From Halanaerobiaceae bacterium (GTDB lineage Bacteria > Bacillota > Halanaerobiia > Halanaerobiales > DTU029): a stretch of DNA of 49,419 nucleotides. Of the stretch, positions 27,872 to 38,087 are shown in pieces. The stretch lies in NCBI GenBank assembly GCA_012521855.1, contig JAAYLO010000162.1:1-49419 (forward strand), written 5' to 3'. Positions within the stretch are counted from its first letter, which is position 1. Each line of letters begins with the position of its first letter. A program made the translations under genes and the position numbers. Below the pieces are notes generated by a model, which saw only the letters and a list, made by a program, of their open reading frames with translations, did no database searches and had not been told where the DNA came from.

Positions 27872-29392
27872 CTACTCTTTTAAAGGTAATGGGACCCAGA
27901 TGGACCAGCCTTTTTCTCCGCTATTGATAACACTGAAATGACCTGTCCCGTTTTCATCAGTCTTAACAATACCGCCGACATTACCTGTCAAATCATAAAA
28001 CAGTTGTTCAGACTGACGGGAGTTTATCTCTCTTGTAATCAATTCTCCATTATCTCCGCCGGCGATCATCATTACAAGTCCTGAACCCGGCCTTTCCTCT
28101 AACCCTGCCCTTACATAGGAATATACTTCTGCATCATTGTTTTCTACCTCATAAGATGGTCCATAGGCATAATCTCTTCTGGCTATAAGTATTTTTTCCA
28201 ACTCATCCCTTATCCCTGATGCATAAAAATCTTTCCAGTACAGCATTGGTATCCCCTGTTCCCTGCACATAATATAGGTATAGGCCTGGCATTTTCTCCT
28301 GAATATGGGGCTGGTATACTCAACATGATCCCTTCCTGTATCATGATTATCTACAAACGTAATCATCCTCTCCCCATAGGCAGGATCATTTACCAGACCG
28401 GCCCTATCCAGTGCCTTCATATTCATGGAACCGTCCCTCAGTAGGGAGAACTGCCTTCTTAAAGAAAAATCAAAGAGCCTTATGTGCTCATTGTTTATTT
28501 TCTTCAAAAAAAGTATCAGGCCCAGATTGTTTTCATACCAGGCCTCACCTATAAAAATTACTTCCTTCCCGGAATTATCCTGAATATAATTTATCCACTC
28601 ACTGATAAATTCAGTATCAATGTGTTTCAGTGCATCCAGCCGGAAACCATCAAAGCCGACTTCATTAATTATCCAGAGACCCCATTCCTTAAGTTCATCA
28701 ATGACCAATTGATTCTGATAATCAATATCCAGGCCCATAAGATAATCCTGATCAGCTGAATTATCCCATCTCTTCCCTGCAAAGAGCTCCGGCTCTTTCA
28801 GATCTATACCGTCAAAAGCCTGCCAGTCCCACTGCCATTCATCAGCTTTACTGTAATACTGCTCCCTTCCTTTCAATTCAAACCTGCTCAGAAGTTCCAT
28901 CTTTTTTCCCGAAGCAAGAATGACCTCCTCTTTCTCATCTCCACCCATCCGGTGGTTTAAAACAGCATCATAGAAAACCTTGATGCCCTGATTATGCAGC
29001 TCCTCAATCAACTGTTCCAGTTCAGCCCACGTTCCGTATTTTGTCCTGATACTGCCTTTCTGATTAAACTCTCCCAGATCCCAGAGATCATAGGCCGCAT
29101 ATCCTTCATCAAAGGGATCTTCTGCCTTGTTTGCAGGAGGGAGCCATACTCCCGTTATCCCCAGTTCCGCCAGTTCATGGGAACGTTGAGTGATTAACTG
29201 CCAGAGATTAGCTTCCCCGGGATATTTTTCAGCATATTCTCCCCTGTTCATCTCCCAGTAAAAAGCCTGCAGATATGTTTCATTTTCAGGCGGCTTTTCC
29301 TTTGCTGCCGCCGGTATACCTGCCTGTTGTATTATGATGAACAGCAGGACCGGGATATATAAATAAATAATCCTGTACAATGTCCTTTTCAT
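27872..29392 (-). CDS. secreted alpha-amylase (GH13)
   Basis: Signal peptide (MKRTLYRIIYLYIPVLLFIIIQQAGIPAAA). Regions DAVLNHRMGGD, GFRLDALKHI, IGEAW and FVDNHDT. Confidence 0.9.
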   Translation of the reverse strand: MKRTLYRIIYLYIPVLLFIIIQQAGIPAAAKEKPPENETYLQAFYWEMNRGEYAEKYPGEANLWQLITQRSHELAELGITGVWLPPANKAEDPFDEGYAAYDLWDLGEFNQKGSIRTKYGTWAELEQLIEELHNQGIKVFYDAVLNHRMGGDEKEEVILASGKKMELLSRFELKGREQYYSKADEWQWDWQAFDGIDLKEPELFAGKRWDNSADQDYLMGLDIDYQNQLVIDELKEWGLWIINEVGFDGFRLDALKHIDTEFISEWINYIQDNSGKEVIFIGEAWYENNLGLILFLKKINNEHIRLFDFSLRRQFSLLRDGSMNMKALDRAGLVNDPAYGERMITFVDNHDTGRDHVEYTSPIFRRKCQAYTYIMCREQGIPMLYWKDFYASGIRDELEKILIARRDYAYGPSYEVENNDAEVYSYVRAGLEERPGSGLVMMIAGGDNGELITREINSRQSEQLFYDLTGNVGGIVKTDENGTGHFSVINSGEKGWSIWVPLPLKE

Positions 29393-29489
29393 TCATTTTA
29401 CCTCCTTTCAATCTCCGCCGGCTCCCGTTTCCAGAACGTTTACTCTCCGGGCCCTGCTGTTTTTTTTTTGAAGGCCTTATCAAGGCTTT

Positions 29490-31601
29490 CTAGTTAACAG
29501 GAACCCAGATGCTCCAGCCCAGGACTTCATTCTGAACAACCTTGAAATCTCCATAGCCATTGGAATCAGTTGTAACTATACCGGAAACATGGCCGGCAAG
29601 ATCATAGAAGCTCGTATCAGGCTGTCTTGAATTGATATTTTTTACTGCAATATTACCACTCGTTCCATCTGATATCAAAAAGACGAGCCCGTCTCCGGGT
29701 ACTTCTGGTAAACCTTCACGCACATAACAGTACACATCATGATCATTTCCATAATATTCATGACCAGGGCCATAGGCAAAATATCTTCTGGCTTTGATTA
29801 TTACATCCAGTTCAGGGGCCATACCGTAATCCTCATAATCTTTGGCAAAAACACAGGGAATGCCGTCAGCCCTGAGCAGTATATAACAATAGGCCTGATT
29901 CTTATATCTTATAACCTGAGGCTGATTATAAGGATTGCCATCCCGGCAGGTATCATGATTATCAACAAAGGTTACTACCTGATTCCTGTAATCACTATTG
30001 ACCAGTCCTCCCCAGAACCTCATATCTTTCCAGCCATTACTTAAGTCAACAAAATCATTTCTTAAAGGAAAATCAAAGACCTTCATACAATTGGAAACCG
30101 AATTCAAATAATCGATTAACTGATTCTGGTCATTGATCCAGGCTTCTCCCACAACAAAGATATCTTTACTGCTTGATGAGCGGACATGGCCTATAAATTC
30201 CTGTATAAAACCGCTGTCGATATGTTTAACGGCATCCAGCCGGAATCCGTCAAAACCTATCACATTTATTATCCATGAACCCCATTCTTTTATCTCGTCT
30301 TTTACATTATCATTCTGATAATCGATATCTTCTCCCATCAGGTAATCACTATCATAGGTATAATCCCATGTCTTATATGGAAAAAGCCCGTTATAATCCC
30401 CGTCAAAACACTCAAAATTCCAGCTCCATTCACCGGCACGGGAGTAGTAATAATTCCTCCCAATGCCATTATACATGGTCCAGGCCGTCCTGCCATAAAA
30501 TATTTCCTGGCCGTCTGCACCCAATTTGTGGTTCAGGACTGCATCATAATATGCCGCAATATCATATGCCTTCATTGTGTTCAATAAACTTTCCAGTTCA
30601 CTTTTCGTACCCCACCTGGTAGCAATTGTCCCTTTCTGGTCAAATTCACCCAGATCCCAGAGGTCATAGGGGCTGTAGCCGACATCAGATCTGCCGCTTC
30701 CTCATTTGCCGGCGGGAGGGAGCCACATGGAAGTGATCCCTATCTCCGCAAATCTGGGAATATTGGACTCCAGCCTCTTCCACAGATCAGGGGCACTATT
30801 CCAGTAAAAGGCCTGGTAAATGGTATTGTTTACCTTATCTGCCGGGATATCCGGATAATGCCCGGATCCAGGTATTTGATAGGGAGCTTCATCATACCAT
30901 ACAATTCCATCATACCAGCCTGTCTCTGCCGGATACCTCGTTGTCTCTGTTGAATGATCCCTGTTGAAAATCATTTTCAGGGCTTTTGGAGGAGTGGATA
31001 AGTATTCCCCGGTGATTTCAAAGACATACCAGTCATCTACTACTTTTTTCATTTCAGGTTGAGTATCCCAGCTATATCCCATATTTTCTGAAATAGGTAT
31101 TCCTTCATGCTCCCAGACCCAGATAGTCGGTACCCGATGGGGACATTTATAATATATTTCAATGGTTTTTCCAGGGAATTGAACTGGCTTTTCAACAAAT
31201 TCCAGCAGAGTGATTTCAACTATGCTGCCTGTCATTGTTGGCAGGGCTGAAGCAGAGCCCTGAAAGACCGGTATATTATTCCCGGTATAGGCTGTCACAA
31301 CAATATTGTAACTTATGCCTTTCTTCAAATTATCAAAGCAAAAAACCACATTTTTATCAGCAGTACCGATATTTTTAGTTTCAATATATTCCTCCAGAGG
31401 ATTATTAGCATTTTTAACTACAACCCTTACACTCTCAAGCTCCCCTTCTATATCTTCCAGTGATGTTTTAATATATAATATCCCCCTGTCACTGATATCA
31501 TTTTTATCCTTACTGCACCCGGCCAGGATAACCAATGATACAATGATGAGGAACAAAAATATCCGCTTACTCACTAACTGGTGCTTATGACCATTAATCA
31601 T
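29490..31601 (-). pseudogene. lipoprotein alpha-amylase (GH13) with N-terminal Ig/CBM-like domains, interrupted by one in-frame TGA
   Basis: ORFs 30702..31601 and 29490..30584 are in the same frame. The read-through translation is ...ITSMWLPPAGK*GSGRSDVGYSPYDLWDLGEFDQKGTIATRWGTKSELESLLNTMKAYDIAAYYDAVLNH.... The lipobox is LAGC. Regions DAVLNH, GFRLDAVKHI, VGEAW and FVDNHDT are intact. The TGA is at 30702..30704. Confidence 0.85.
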
Positions 31602-31675
31602 ACCCTACCCCCTTATAATCTAAAAGAACCCCAAAATAAATTCCTGTTATAATTCAATAGCAGTATCCGGTAAAT

Positions 31676-34321
31676 CTAATTATGGATGACTGCTGCTGAA
31701 ATGGCAGGTACCATAACCATACCTTTACCCAGAACCACCTCTGTATCATCTAAAGGCTGGACTCCTGCTTTTTTGCCGTCAACTACTACCAGCCAGTCTG
31801 TATCTACACCAGGAATTTCTATGGTTTTTGCAGTACGGTTTGAATTGTAAATGACAACAATTTCATCCCATTCTTCTGTACCATCCTGTTCCTTCAGTCT
31901 GAAGGCAACTATGTTTTCTTCCTCTACAGGTATAAATTCAATACCCCTCTGTATTTCATCCATTGTTTCCATACGAAAGGCTTCATGTTCTCTCCTGAGT
32001 TTTATCAACCCTTTACAGTAATTATATATTTCAGGATATTTTTCTTTGTTTGACCAGACCAACTGGTTGGTCAGGTCACCGGAATCATAGCTGTTGTGAT
32101 CTATACCATATTGCAGATTATCAGGATCAGGTTTGCTTCTGAGCATTTCTGAACCGCCATGGATGAATGCCTTTCCCTGTGAGGTCATTACAATAGCCAG
32201 GGCAAGTTTGTGCATTCTCATTTTTTCTTCCATACTGGCATCTGCTGCTGAGATATTCAGCTTATCCCAGAGAGTACGGTCATCATGGCAGCTTACATAA
32301 TTAATTACCTCTTCAGGATCATCTGCAAAACGGTCATAAGGTGTAGTCATCAGTGGTACCGTTTCCGGAAAACTTACCATACTGCCGATAACGCCTGTTC
32401 TGATCTTGATCTCATTACCCCTTACACCCTGTACGAAACCTCCCTCTTCAGGTGCTGAAAAGGCTGAGGGTTGAATAATTCCATCTCTGATTGTATCACT
32501 GAAAACTGCAGCAATATTATCATATTTTAAAAGACTGCGGTGGCTGGTACTGTTTTCACCCTTAATATACCTCTCCTCTAAAGGCAGGGCTGTAGCCATA
32601 TTCCAGCCTTCACCATGGAGGACTGCATCCGGATTCAGTGCCCTGATCGCTTCAGCCACTGAAAGCATTGTTGTTTCATCATGAAGCCCCATCAAGTCAA
32701 AACGGAAACCGTCAATATGATATTCTTTTACCCAGTAACATGTTGAATCGATAATAAGTTTTCTCATCATGGCTCTCCTGGAAGCTGTATCATTTCCGCA
32801 CCCTGAGCCGTTGCTGTATGAGCCGTCAGGATTTCTGCGGTAATAATAATCAGGTACTATATCATCAAGGGTGGAAGTAATTGCGGTATGGTTATATACA
32901 ACATCAAGCAATACTCCTATTCCGGCATCATGAAGTGCCTTAATCAGGGTTTTTAATTCTTTTATCCTCAGATGGGGATCCCCGGCATCCAGGGAATACC
33001 TTCCTTCAGGAGAAAAGTAATTGTGTGGGTCATAACCCCAGTTATAATTGACTTCACCTGCACTGCCCCTGTTTTCAAAACTCCGGTCTCTTTCATTGCC
33101 ATAATAATAATTAAGGACAGGCATCAATTGAACATGGGTTATACCGAGGTCGGTTAGATGAGGAATTTTTTCAATAAACCCGGTATATGTCCCCCTCTTT
33201 TCCTCCTCAACACCTGAATCTTCAGAAATGGTGAAATCACGTACTGAGATTTCATAGATGATGACATCTTCCTGATCTTCGATACTTACATAATCATCAA
33301 GCTCCCATCCCTCTGGATTGCATTGATCCAGATCCACTACCGCTCCCTTTCCAACCTTATCAGGGCCGTCACTGTCAAAAGCAGCCATAGAACGGGCATA
33401 TGGATCAAGGACCAGTCTGCCCCTTTCACCGTATCTTACATAATACTGATAAAACTCACCGGCAAGATCTCCTGTAATCTCTACACTCCAGACACCCTGG
33501 GTATTTTTCTCCATTCCTTCAATCCGGTATGCTTCCAGGTCGTCTCCATCTTTATATAAGTACAGCTGGACCTCAGAAGCCAGGGGAGCCCACAATTTAA
33601 AAACTGTACTGCCCTTTGAATAAAGGGCTCCCAGTTCACCATCATAGGCATAGATTTCATCAATCAATTCCGGGCTTATAGTTGTATAAGCAGTCAGGGA
33701 GCCGCACTCAATTCTATAGGTCCTGCTTATATCCAGTTCTTCCCGGGTTGTTATGGTATAAACCGGGCTTGCAGAGATATCCAGTTTTGCCAGCGGTATA
33801 TAATCATATCCATCCCTGACAAAAACAGCCTGGGATATTTCACTGCGGAATTCCACAACTATTGTATTTTTACCGGTTATTACAGCCCTGATTATTTTGT
33901 TGCCTGCGGCCTTCAGGGCTTCTTCCAGGCTGGTGTAGGTCCTTTCATCTCCAGATACAGCCCAGGCTTCTCTGTTTGTATCAGGATCCGGATATGCTCT
34001 GTCTGGCTGGGGGTCTTTTAGATCTCCCTTGTGGATAATAAAATTCAGATCACCAACACCCTCTTTGTAGGGGATATCCCAATATGCCCCATAATCATCA
34101 AAGCCGCTTATCTCTACCGGTTTAGTCCATAATACCTCACTGCCGTTATAGCCTTCACCCCAGATATGAAGGCCCCAGCCCAGGTATTCACCATCAAATC
34201 TGTGATAATGCAGCCTGACATGACCCTCAGGTATGTCATCTGCCAGTAAATAACCGCTGAACAACAGAACCATCAGGAAAACCAGAACAATTACCAACTC
34301 AGAGTATTTCCCTCTATTCAT
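31676..34321 (-). CDS. secreted pullulanase (CBM41 - CBM48 - GH13)
   Basis: Signal peptide and a CBM41-like segment (VRLHYHRFDGEYLGWGLHIWGEG...). GH13 regions DVVYNHTA, GFRFDLMGL, HGEGWNM and YVSCHDDRTL. I prefer the ATG at 34321 (AAGGAGA RBS) over the TTG at 34327. Confidence 0.9.
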   Translation of the reverse strand: MNRGKYSELVIVLVFLMVLLFSGYLLADDIPEGHVRLHYHRFDGEYLGWGLHIWGEGYNGSEVLWTKPVEISGFDDYGAYWDIPYKEGVGDLNFIIHKGDLKDPQPDRAYPDPDTNREAWAVSGDERTYTSLEEALKAAGNKIIRAVITGKNTIVVEFRSEISQAVFVRDGYDYIPLAKLDISASPVYTITTREELDISRTYRIECGSLTAYTTISPELIDEIYAYDGELGALYSKGSTVFKLWAPLASEVQLYLYKDGDDLEAYRIEGMEKNTQGVWSVEITGDLAGEFYQYYVRYGERGRLVLDPYARSMAAFDSDGPDKVGKGAVVDLDQCNPEGWELDDYVSIEDQEDVIIYEISVRDFTISEDSGVEEEKRGTYTGFIEKIPHLTDLGITHVQLMPVLNYYYGNERDRSFENRGSAGEVNYNWGYDPHNYFSPEGRYSLDAGDPHLRIKELKTLIKALHDAGIGVLLDVVYNHTAITSTLDDIVPDYYYRRNPDGSYSNGSGCGNDTASRRAMMRKLIIDSTCYWVKEYHIDGFRFDLMGLHDETTMLSVAEAIRALNPDAVLHGEGWNMATALPLEERYIKGENSTSHRSLLKYDNIAAVFSDTIRDGIIQPSAFSAPEEGGFVQGVRGNEIKIRTGVIGSMVSFPETVPLMTTPYDRFADDPEEVINYVSCHDDRTLWDKLNISAADASMEEKMRMHKLALAIVMTSQGKAFIHGGSEMLRSKPDPDNLQYGIDHNSYDSGDLTNQLVWSNKEKYPEIYNYCKGLIKLRREHEAFRMETMDEIQRGIEFIPVEEENIVAFRLKEQDGTEEWDEIVVIYNSNRTAKTIEIPGVDTDWLVVVDGKKAGVQPLDDTEVVLGKGMVMVPAISAAVIHN

Positions 34322-34353
34322 TTCCAATCTCCTTTATTATAAAATAAACTATC

Positions 34354-35205
34354 TTACTGTTTTGCAGAGCCTTTTGTTAAACCGCTGATCAGCATTCCCT
34401 GTAAAGCCAGATAAAGAACGGTTATCGGTAAGGCGGCCAGTATTGCACCTGCTGCAAACATGGTAAAATTCTTACTGAACTGATCAGCAATGAAATCCCT
34501 TAATCCCACCGCCAGTGTATATTTTGAAGGTGTAGTAAGTACAATCCTGGCCATAAGAAAATCGGTAAAGGGCCCGACAAAAGAAAAAATAGCCAGGACA
34601 GAGATAATCGGTACACAGAGTGGAAGTATGATTTTCCAGAGTATTGTCCACTGGCTGGCACCATCGATGATAGCTGCTTCTTCCATTGAACGGGGAATTG
34701 TATCCAGATATCCCTTCATCAACCAGGTATTGTATGGTATAGATCCGCCTGCATAGATCAGGATCAGACCCAGGTGGCTGTCAAGCAGGCCGGCTAAATT
34801 GAGCAGGAGATAAATAGCCACCATATTCATGGTTGCAGGAAACATCTGTAGTATTAACATGACCATCAGGCCGTATTTGCGTCCTGTAAAGCGTAATCTG
34901 GAAAAAGCATAACTTGTTAAGGTTACGAGAAAAATACTCAAAAGAGAGCTTCCTGTACCGACCTTGATACTATTTACATACCAGGACGCAAATCTTGTCT
35001 CAGTGAATAATTCTTTGTAATGGTCAAAGGTATAGTTTCGCGGCAGCAGTGAAACTGAAGAGCTATACAAATTGCTGCCAGGATTAAGTGATGCACTGAA
35101 TATCCACAACACTGGAACAAATACAATAAAGATTATTAAAAGCAGAAAAAGATAGGAAAAAGCGAGTGATAAATAATTTCTTACCCTTTGAGAATTTATT
35201 TTCAC
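34354..35205 (-). CDS. maltose/maltodextrin ABC transporter permease (MalG-like)
   Basis: Six-TM BPD permease with an EAA loop (EEAAIIDGASQWTILWKIILP). GTGA start/stop overlap with the upstream permease gene. Confidence 0.88.
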   Translation of the reverse strand: MKINSQRVRNYLSLAFSYLFLLLIIFIVFVPVLWIFSASLNPGSNLYSSSVSLLPRNYTFDHYKELFTETRFASWYVNSIKVGTGSSLLSIFLVTLTSYAFSRLRFTGRKYGLMVMLILQMFPATMNMVAIYLLLNLAGLLDSHLGLILIYAGGSIPYNTWLMKGYLDTIPRSMEEAAIIDGASQWTILWKIILPLCVPIISVLAIFSFVGPFTDFLMARIVLTTPSKYTLAVGLRDFIADQFSKNFTMFAAGAILAALPITVLYLALQGMLISGLTKGSAKQ

Positions 35206-36503
35206 TGCAGCATCTCCTCCTCCTGGAAAGAACTGCTTCTATAGAAGTTATAGATACTGAATCCGGCCAGGATGAAAAATATGATCAATGATATTGCTGA
35301 TGCATAATTGTATTTGTTTTTCTCTGTGGTCAATTTAAATATCCAGGAGATTAAAATATCTGTCCCGCCGGCTCCCCCCTGCTGCCCAAATTCAAAGGGC
35401 CTTCCTGAATTCAGCAGATAAATCAAAGTAAAGTTATTGAAATTATAGGCAAAGCTCATAATCATCAATGGTGCCATGGAAAACCAGAGAAGCGGAAGCG
35501 TAATATAGCGGAATTTTTGCCATGGGCTCACACCATCAACTATTGCTGCCTCATATATGTCAGCAGGAATCCCCTGCAGGATACCGGTAATCATTATCAT
35601 TGCATGAGGATAGCCGACCCAGAGATTAACCAGAATAACCGCCAGCCTTGTAAGAGCAGTCTGTGTTAACCAGTGTACTGGCTGGATATTAAACATCTTT
35701 CCTAATAACTGGTTTACAATCCCGAAGTTTGTATTCAGTGCCCCGCTCCAGATCAGGATACTGACAAAAGCAGGTATGGCCCAGGGCAGGATCAATAGTG
35801 TCCGGATTATCTTCCTGAATTTAAGACGGGGATTATTTAGAATTACGGCCAGAAGACAACCCAGGCCGTATGTTGTAAGTGTAGAGAAAACTGCCCAGAT
35901 GACAGTCCAGGATCCTACGCGGATAAAAGTAGTCCTCCAGGAACTGATGGAGAAGATTTCACGGAAATTTTTAAATCCTACCCAGTCTATCAAATTAGCA
36001 GGCGGTAAATGATAAAGATCATAATTTGTAAAGGCTATTAAAATTGAGTAGATCAAAGGTAATACTGTAAAACATAGTATGGCAGTAAGCCCGGGGGATA
36101 AGACCAGGTAAGAAAACCCGGTATCTTTTATGTTTTTCAGTGATTCTTTAAATCCCGGCGGCTCTTTTCCCTGATCCCGTAAGAGGCCGTTTTTATAGGC
36201 ATCCCGTATGTTAAAGATGTAAATATCGGTTATTATTAAAAGCAGAAATACGGTCAGTACGCCATAAATCAGTAAAAACAGGGAATGATCCTCCATTGCC
36301 GTCTCCCCCAGTGTAATCAAACCATATATATTACCCCGGATAAAGGCTATGCTATTCATCACCGCAAAATTGAATAATAAGAACAAGAACCCCTTAATTA
36401 TCTGGCCATTAAAGAGTTGACCTGTACCCATACAGAACAGGGATAAGAGTGCAACTATATAGCGTCTGCTCAGCAGCAAGCGGGTCTTTTTCTTCAATCT
36501 CAT
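35202..36503 (-). CDS. maltose/maltodextrin ABC transporter permease (MalF-like, extended N-terminus)
   Basis: 433 aa with extra N-terminal TM segments typical of MalF and an EAA loop (YEAAIVDGVSPWQKFRYITLP). Confidence 0.88.
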   Translation of the reverse strand: MRLKKKTRLLLSRRYIVALLSLFCMGTGQLFNGQIIKGFLFLLFNFAVMNSIAFIRGNIYGLITLGETAMEDHSLFLLIYGVLTVFLLLIITDIYIFNIRDAYKNGLLRDQGKEPPGFKESLKNIKDTGFSYLVLSPGLTAILCFTVLPLIYSILIAFTNYDLYHLPPANLIDWVGFKNFREIFSISSWRTTFIRVGSWTVIWAVFSTLTTYGLGCLLAVILNNPRLKFRKIIRTLLILPWAIPAFVSILIWSGALNTNFGIVNQLLGKMFNIQPVHWLTQTALTRLAVILVNLWVGYPHAMIMITGILQGIPADIYEAAIVDGVSPWQKFRYITLPLLWFSMAPLMIMSFAYNFNNFTLIYLLNSGRPFEFGQQGGAGGTDILISWIFKLTTEKNKYNYASAISLIIFFILAGFSIYNFYRSSSFQEEEMLQ

Positions 36504-36541
36504 TTTTTCACCTCGCTTTTCATCGAAGTTCCTGGAGAATC

Positions 36542-36587
36542 CCGGCTTATAAAAGCCGGCTCTATCATTTAGAAAAATGATAGAGCC
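36542..36587 (-). other. two adjacent intercistronic stem-loops between the binding-protein gene and the first permease gene
   Basis: ccggctt-ataa-aagccgg (36542..36559) and ggctctatcatt-tagaaa-aatgatagagcc (36558..36587, 12-bp perfect stem). No U-tract. Confidence 0.65.
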
Positions 36588-36605
36588 AACCTTGAAAGCA
36601 GTATA

Positions 36606-37814
36606 CTACTTTTTCATCATCTCTATATTTTCCCTGATCTGCTGGACAGCCACAGGCAGAACCTCTTCAGGAGCAGCATCACCATTGACAACAAAAGTGA
36701 GGGCATTAATCATGGGTTCCCAGACCTGTGACATCTCCGGTATATTGGGCATAGGCTCACCCCGGCCGGCCTGAATCGCAAAAGCCCTATAATTTTCATC
36801 TTCCCGGAATTCCGGCATATCTATAACATCTTCCCGGGCAGGTATAATGGCTGTCAATTCGTGTTGTCTGTAGTTATTTTCCTTTGAGGTCAACCACAAG
36901 ATGAATTTGAGGGCTTCTTCCTTATTCTCACTGAAATTACTGATATAATAACCCTTTACCCCCATATATTGTTTTGGATAATTACCGTTTTCAAGTTTTG
37001 GTAATGGCGCTATCCCATAATTAATCCCTGATTTATTCAGATTATCGAATTCCCAGGGACCGGTAAGGGTCACTGCCAGGTCTCCTGCTGTAAAAAGGCC
37101 CATGGCAACATCATATGTGCTGCCTTCAGGCATCAAACCAGATGTCCTGAAACTCCTGATCAGTTTCATGGCTTCAATGGCACCTTCATTTGCTAAACCA
37201 ATATCATCAGGATTTAAACTCCCATCTTCATTCCTGTCGAAGACATAGCCTCCATAACCTGCAATAATTCCATGCATATAGTAAAAATCTTCTAAATTAG
37301 CCAGAAAACCATACTTATTCTCTTCCGGCCTGTTCAAGGAAATAACCAGATCCAGGAATTCATCAAAATTTTCGGGTATTTCTGATATGATGTCTTTATT
37401 ATAGACTAATGCAGTAGTCTCTACGGCATATGGTATACCGTACAACTTCCCGCCTACCCTCATGGCCTGTACTGCTGTATCACTATATACACCGAGATCA
37501 ACCTGGTCTTCCGGTATTTCCCATAATAATCCCTGCATTACCGGAATCCCTAACTGGTCATGAGGCCAGGCCATTATATCCGGGCCTTTACCGGCAGGGC
37601 CGTCCAGTGCCAGTTTGTCATCCTGGGATAATTGGTCTACAGGTTGTACCTCAATCTCTATACCGGTCTCGTCTTCATAGATTTTGCCCATCAAATTAAT
37701 AAAGTCCTCCTGGGGCCCTGAACTCTGCCAGACCACCAATTTCGTTGCTCCTGCACTGAAAGACATTAAAAATACCAGTAATACTGACAAAACAACCCTG
37801 AAACAAGTTTTCAC
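36606..37814 (-). CDS. maltose/maltodextrin-binding protein (MalE/MdxE-like)
   Basis: 402 aa with a signal peptide. It precedes the MalF/G-like permeases. GTG start with a GGGAGGAG RBS. Confidence 0.85.
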   Translation of the reverse strand: MKTCFRVVLSVLLVFLMSFSAGATKLVVWQSSGPQEDFINLMGKIYEDETGIEIEVQPVDQLSQDDKLALDGPAGKGPDIMAWPHDQLGIPVMQGLLWEIPEDQVDLGVYSDTAVQAMRVGGKLYGIPYAVETTALVYNKDIISEIPENFDEFLDLVISLNRPEENKYGFLANLEDFYYMHGIIAGYGGYVFDRNEDGSLNPDDIGLANEGAIEAMKLIRSFRTSGLMPEGSTYDVAMGLFTAGDLAVTLTGPWEFDNLNKSGINYGIAPLPKLENGNYPKQYMGVKGYYISNFSENKEEALKFILWLTSKENNYRQHELTAIIPAREDVIDMPEFREDENYRAFAIQAGRGEPMPNIPEMSQVWEPMINALTFVVNGDAAPEEVLPVAVQQIRENIEMMKK

Positions 37815-37847
37815 TATTTTCTCCTCCCTTTTTATTTATACATTTTT

Positions 37848-37907
37848 ATTAGAAACATATCTAATGCCAGCAAAGAATCTGAATACGTCTATCTATATGT
37901 TTCTAAT
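37848..37907 (-). promoter_or_regulatory. 13-bp perfect inverted repeat in the 5' leader of the maltodextrin-binding-protein gene
   Basis: attagaaacatat (37848..37860) pairs with atatgtttctaat (37895..37907), with a 34-nt spacer. Confidence 0.5.
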
Positions 37908-37924
37908 ATAAAACGAATTTTTTC

Positions 37925-37957
37925 GCAAACGTTTGCACAAATGGTCAAACGCTTGCA
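37925..37957. promoter_or_regulatory. two tandem MalR/LacI-type operators upstream of the malEFG-like operon
   Basis: GCAAACGTTTGC (37925..37936, perfect palindrome) and TCAAACGCTTGC (37945..37956). The centres are 20 bp apart. Confidence 0.65.
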
Positions 37958-38087
37958 TTGTTACAGCATTACAATACATTTTATTATGACTCAGGTCAGG
38001 ATTTTTCTTCTTTTTTACATATGCCGTATTTTTTCTTTTACAGTAATGTATATGCCTGATAAACAATGAATTATACATCATCCCTTG

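Noticed and set aside
29459-29469. A T11 run that looks like a terminator tail.
   Set aside because: It is on the plus strand, where nothing is transcribed toward it. No convincing upstream stem exists, and on the coding (minus) strand it is an A-run.
29286-29483. A 65-aa minus-strand ORF starting 4 nt upstream of the amylase ATG.
   Set aside because: It overlaps the amylase signal peptide out of frame and has a Gly/Arg/Lys-rich nonsense composition. The AGGAGG spacing fits the amylase ATG (8 nt) better.
14042-31601. Whether the two in-frame TGA codons reflect an alternative genetic code (TGA read as Trp or Gly).
   Set aside because: TGA is the terminating codon of at least nine well-supported neighbouring genes, with ends at 129, 962, 2720, 3753, 4637, 8543, 8892, 9541 and 16018. 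These end at the lengths expected for their families, so the standard code 11 applies.
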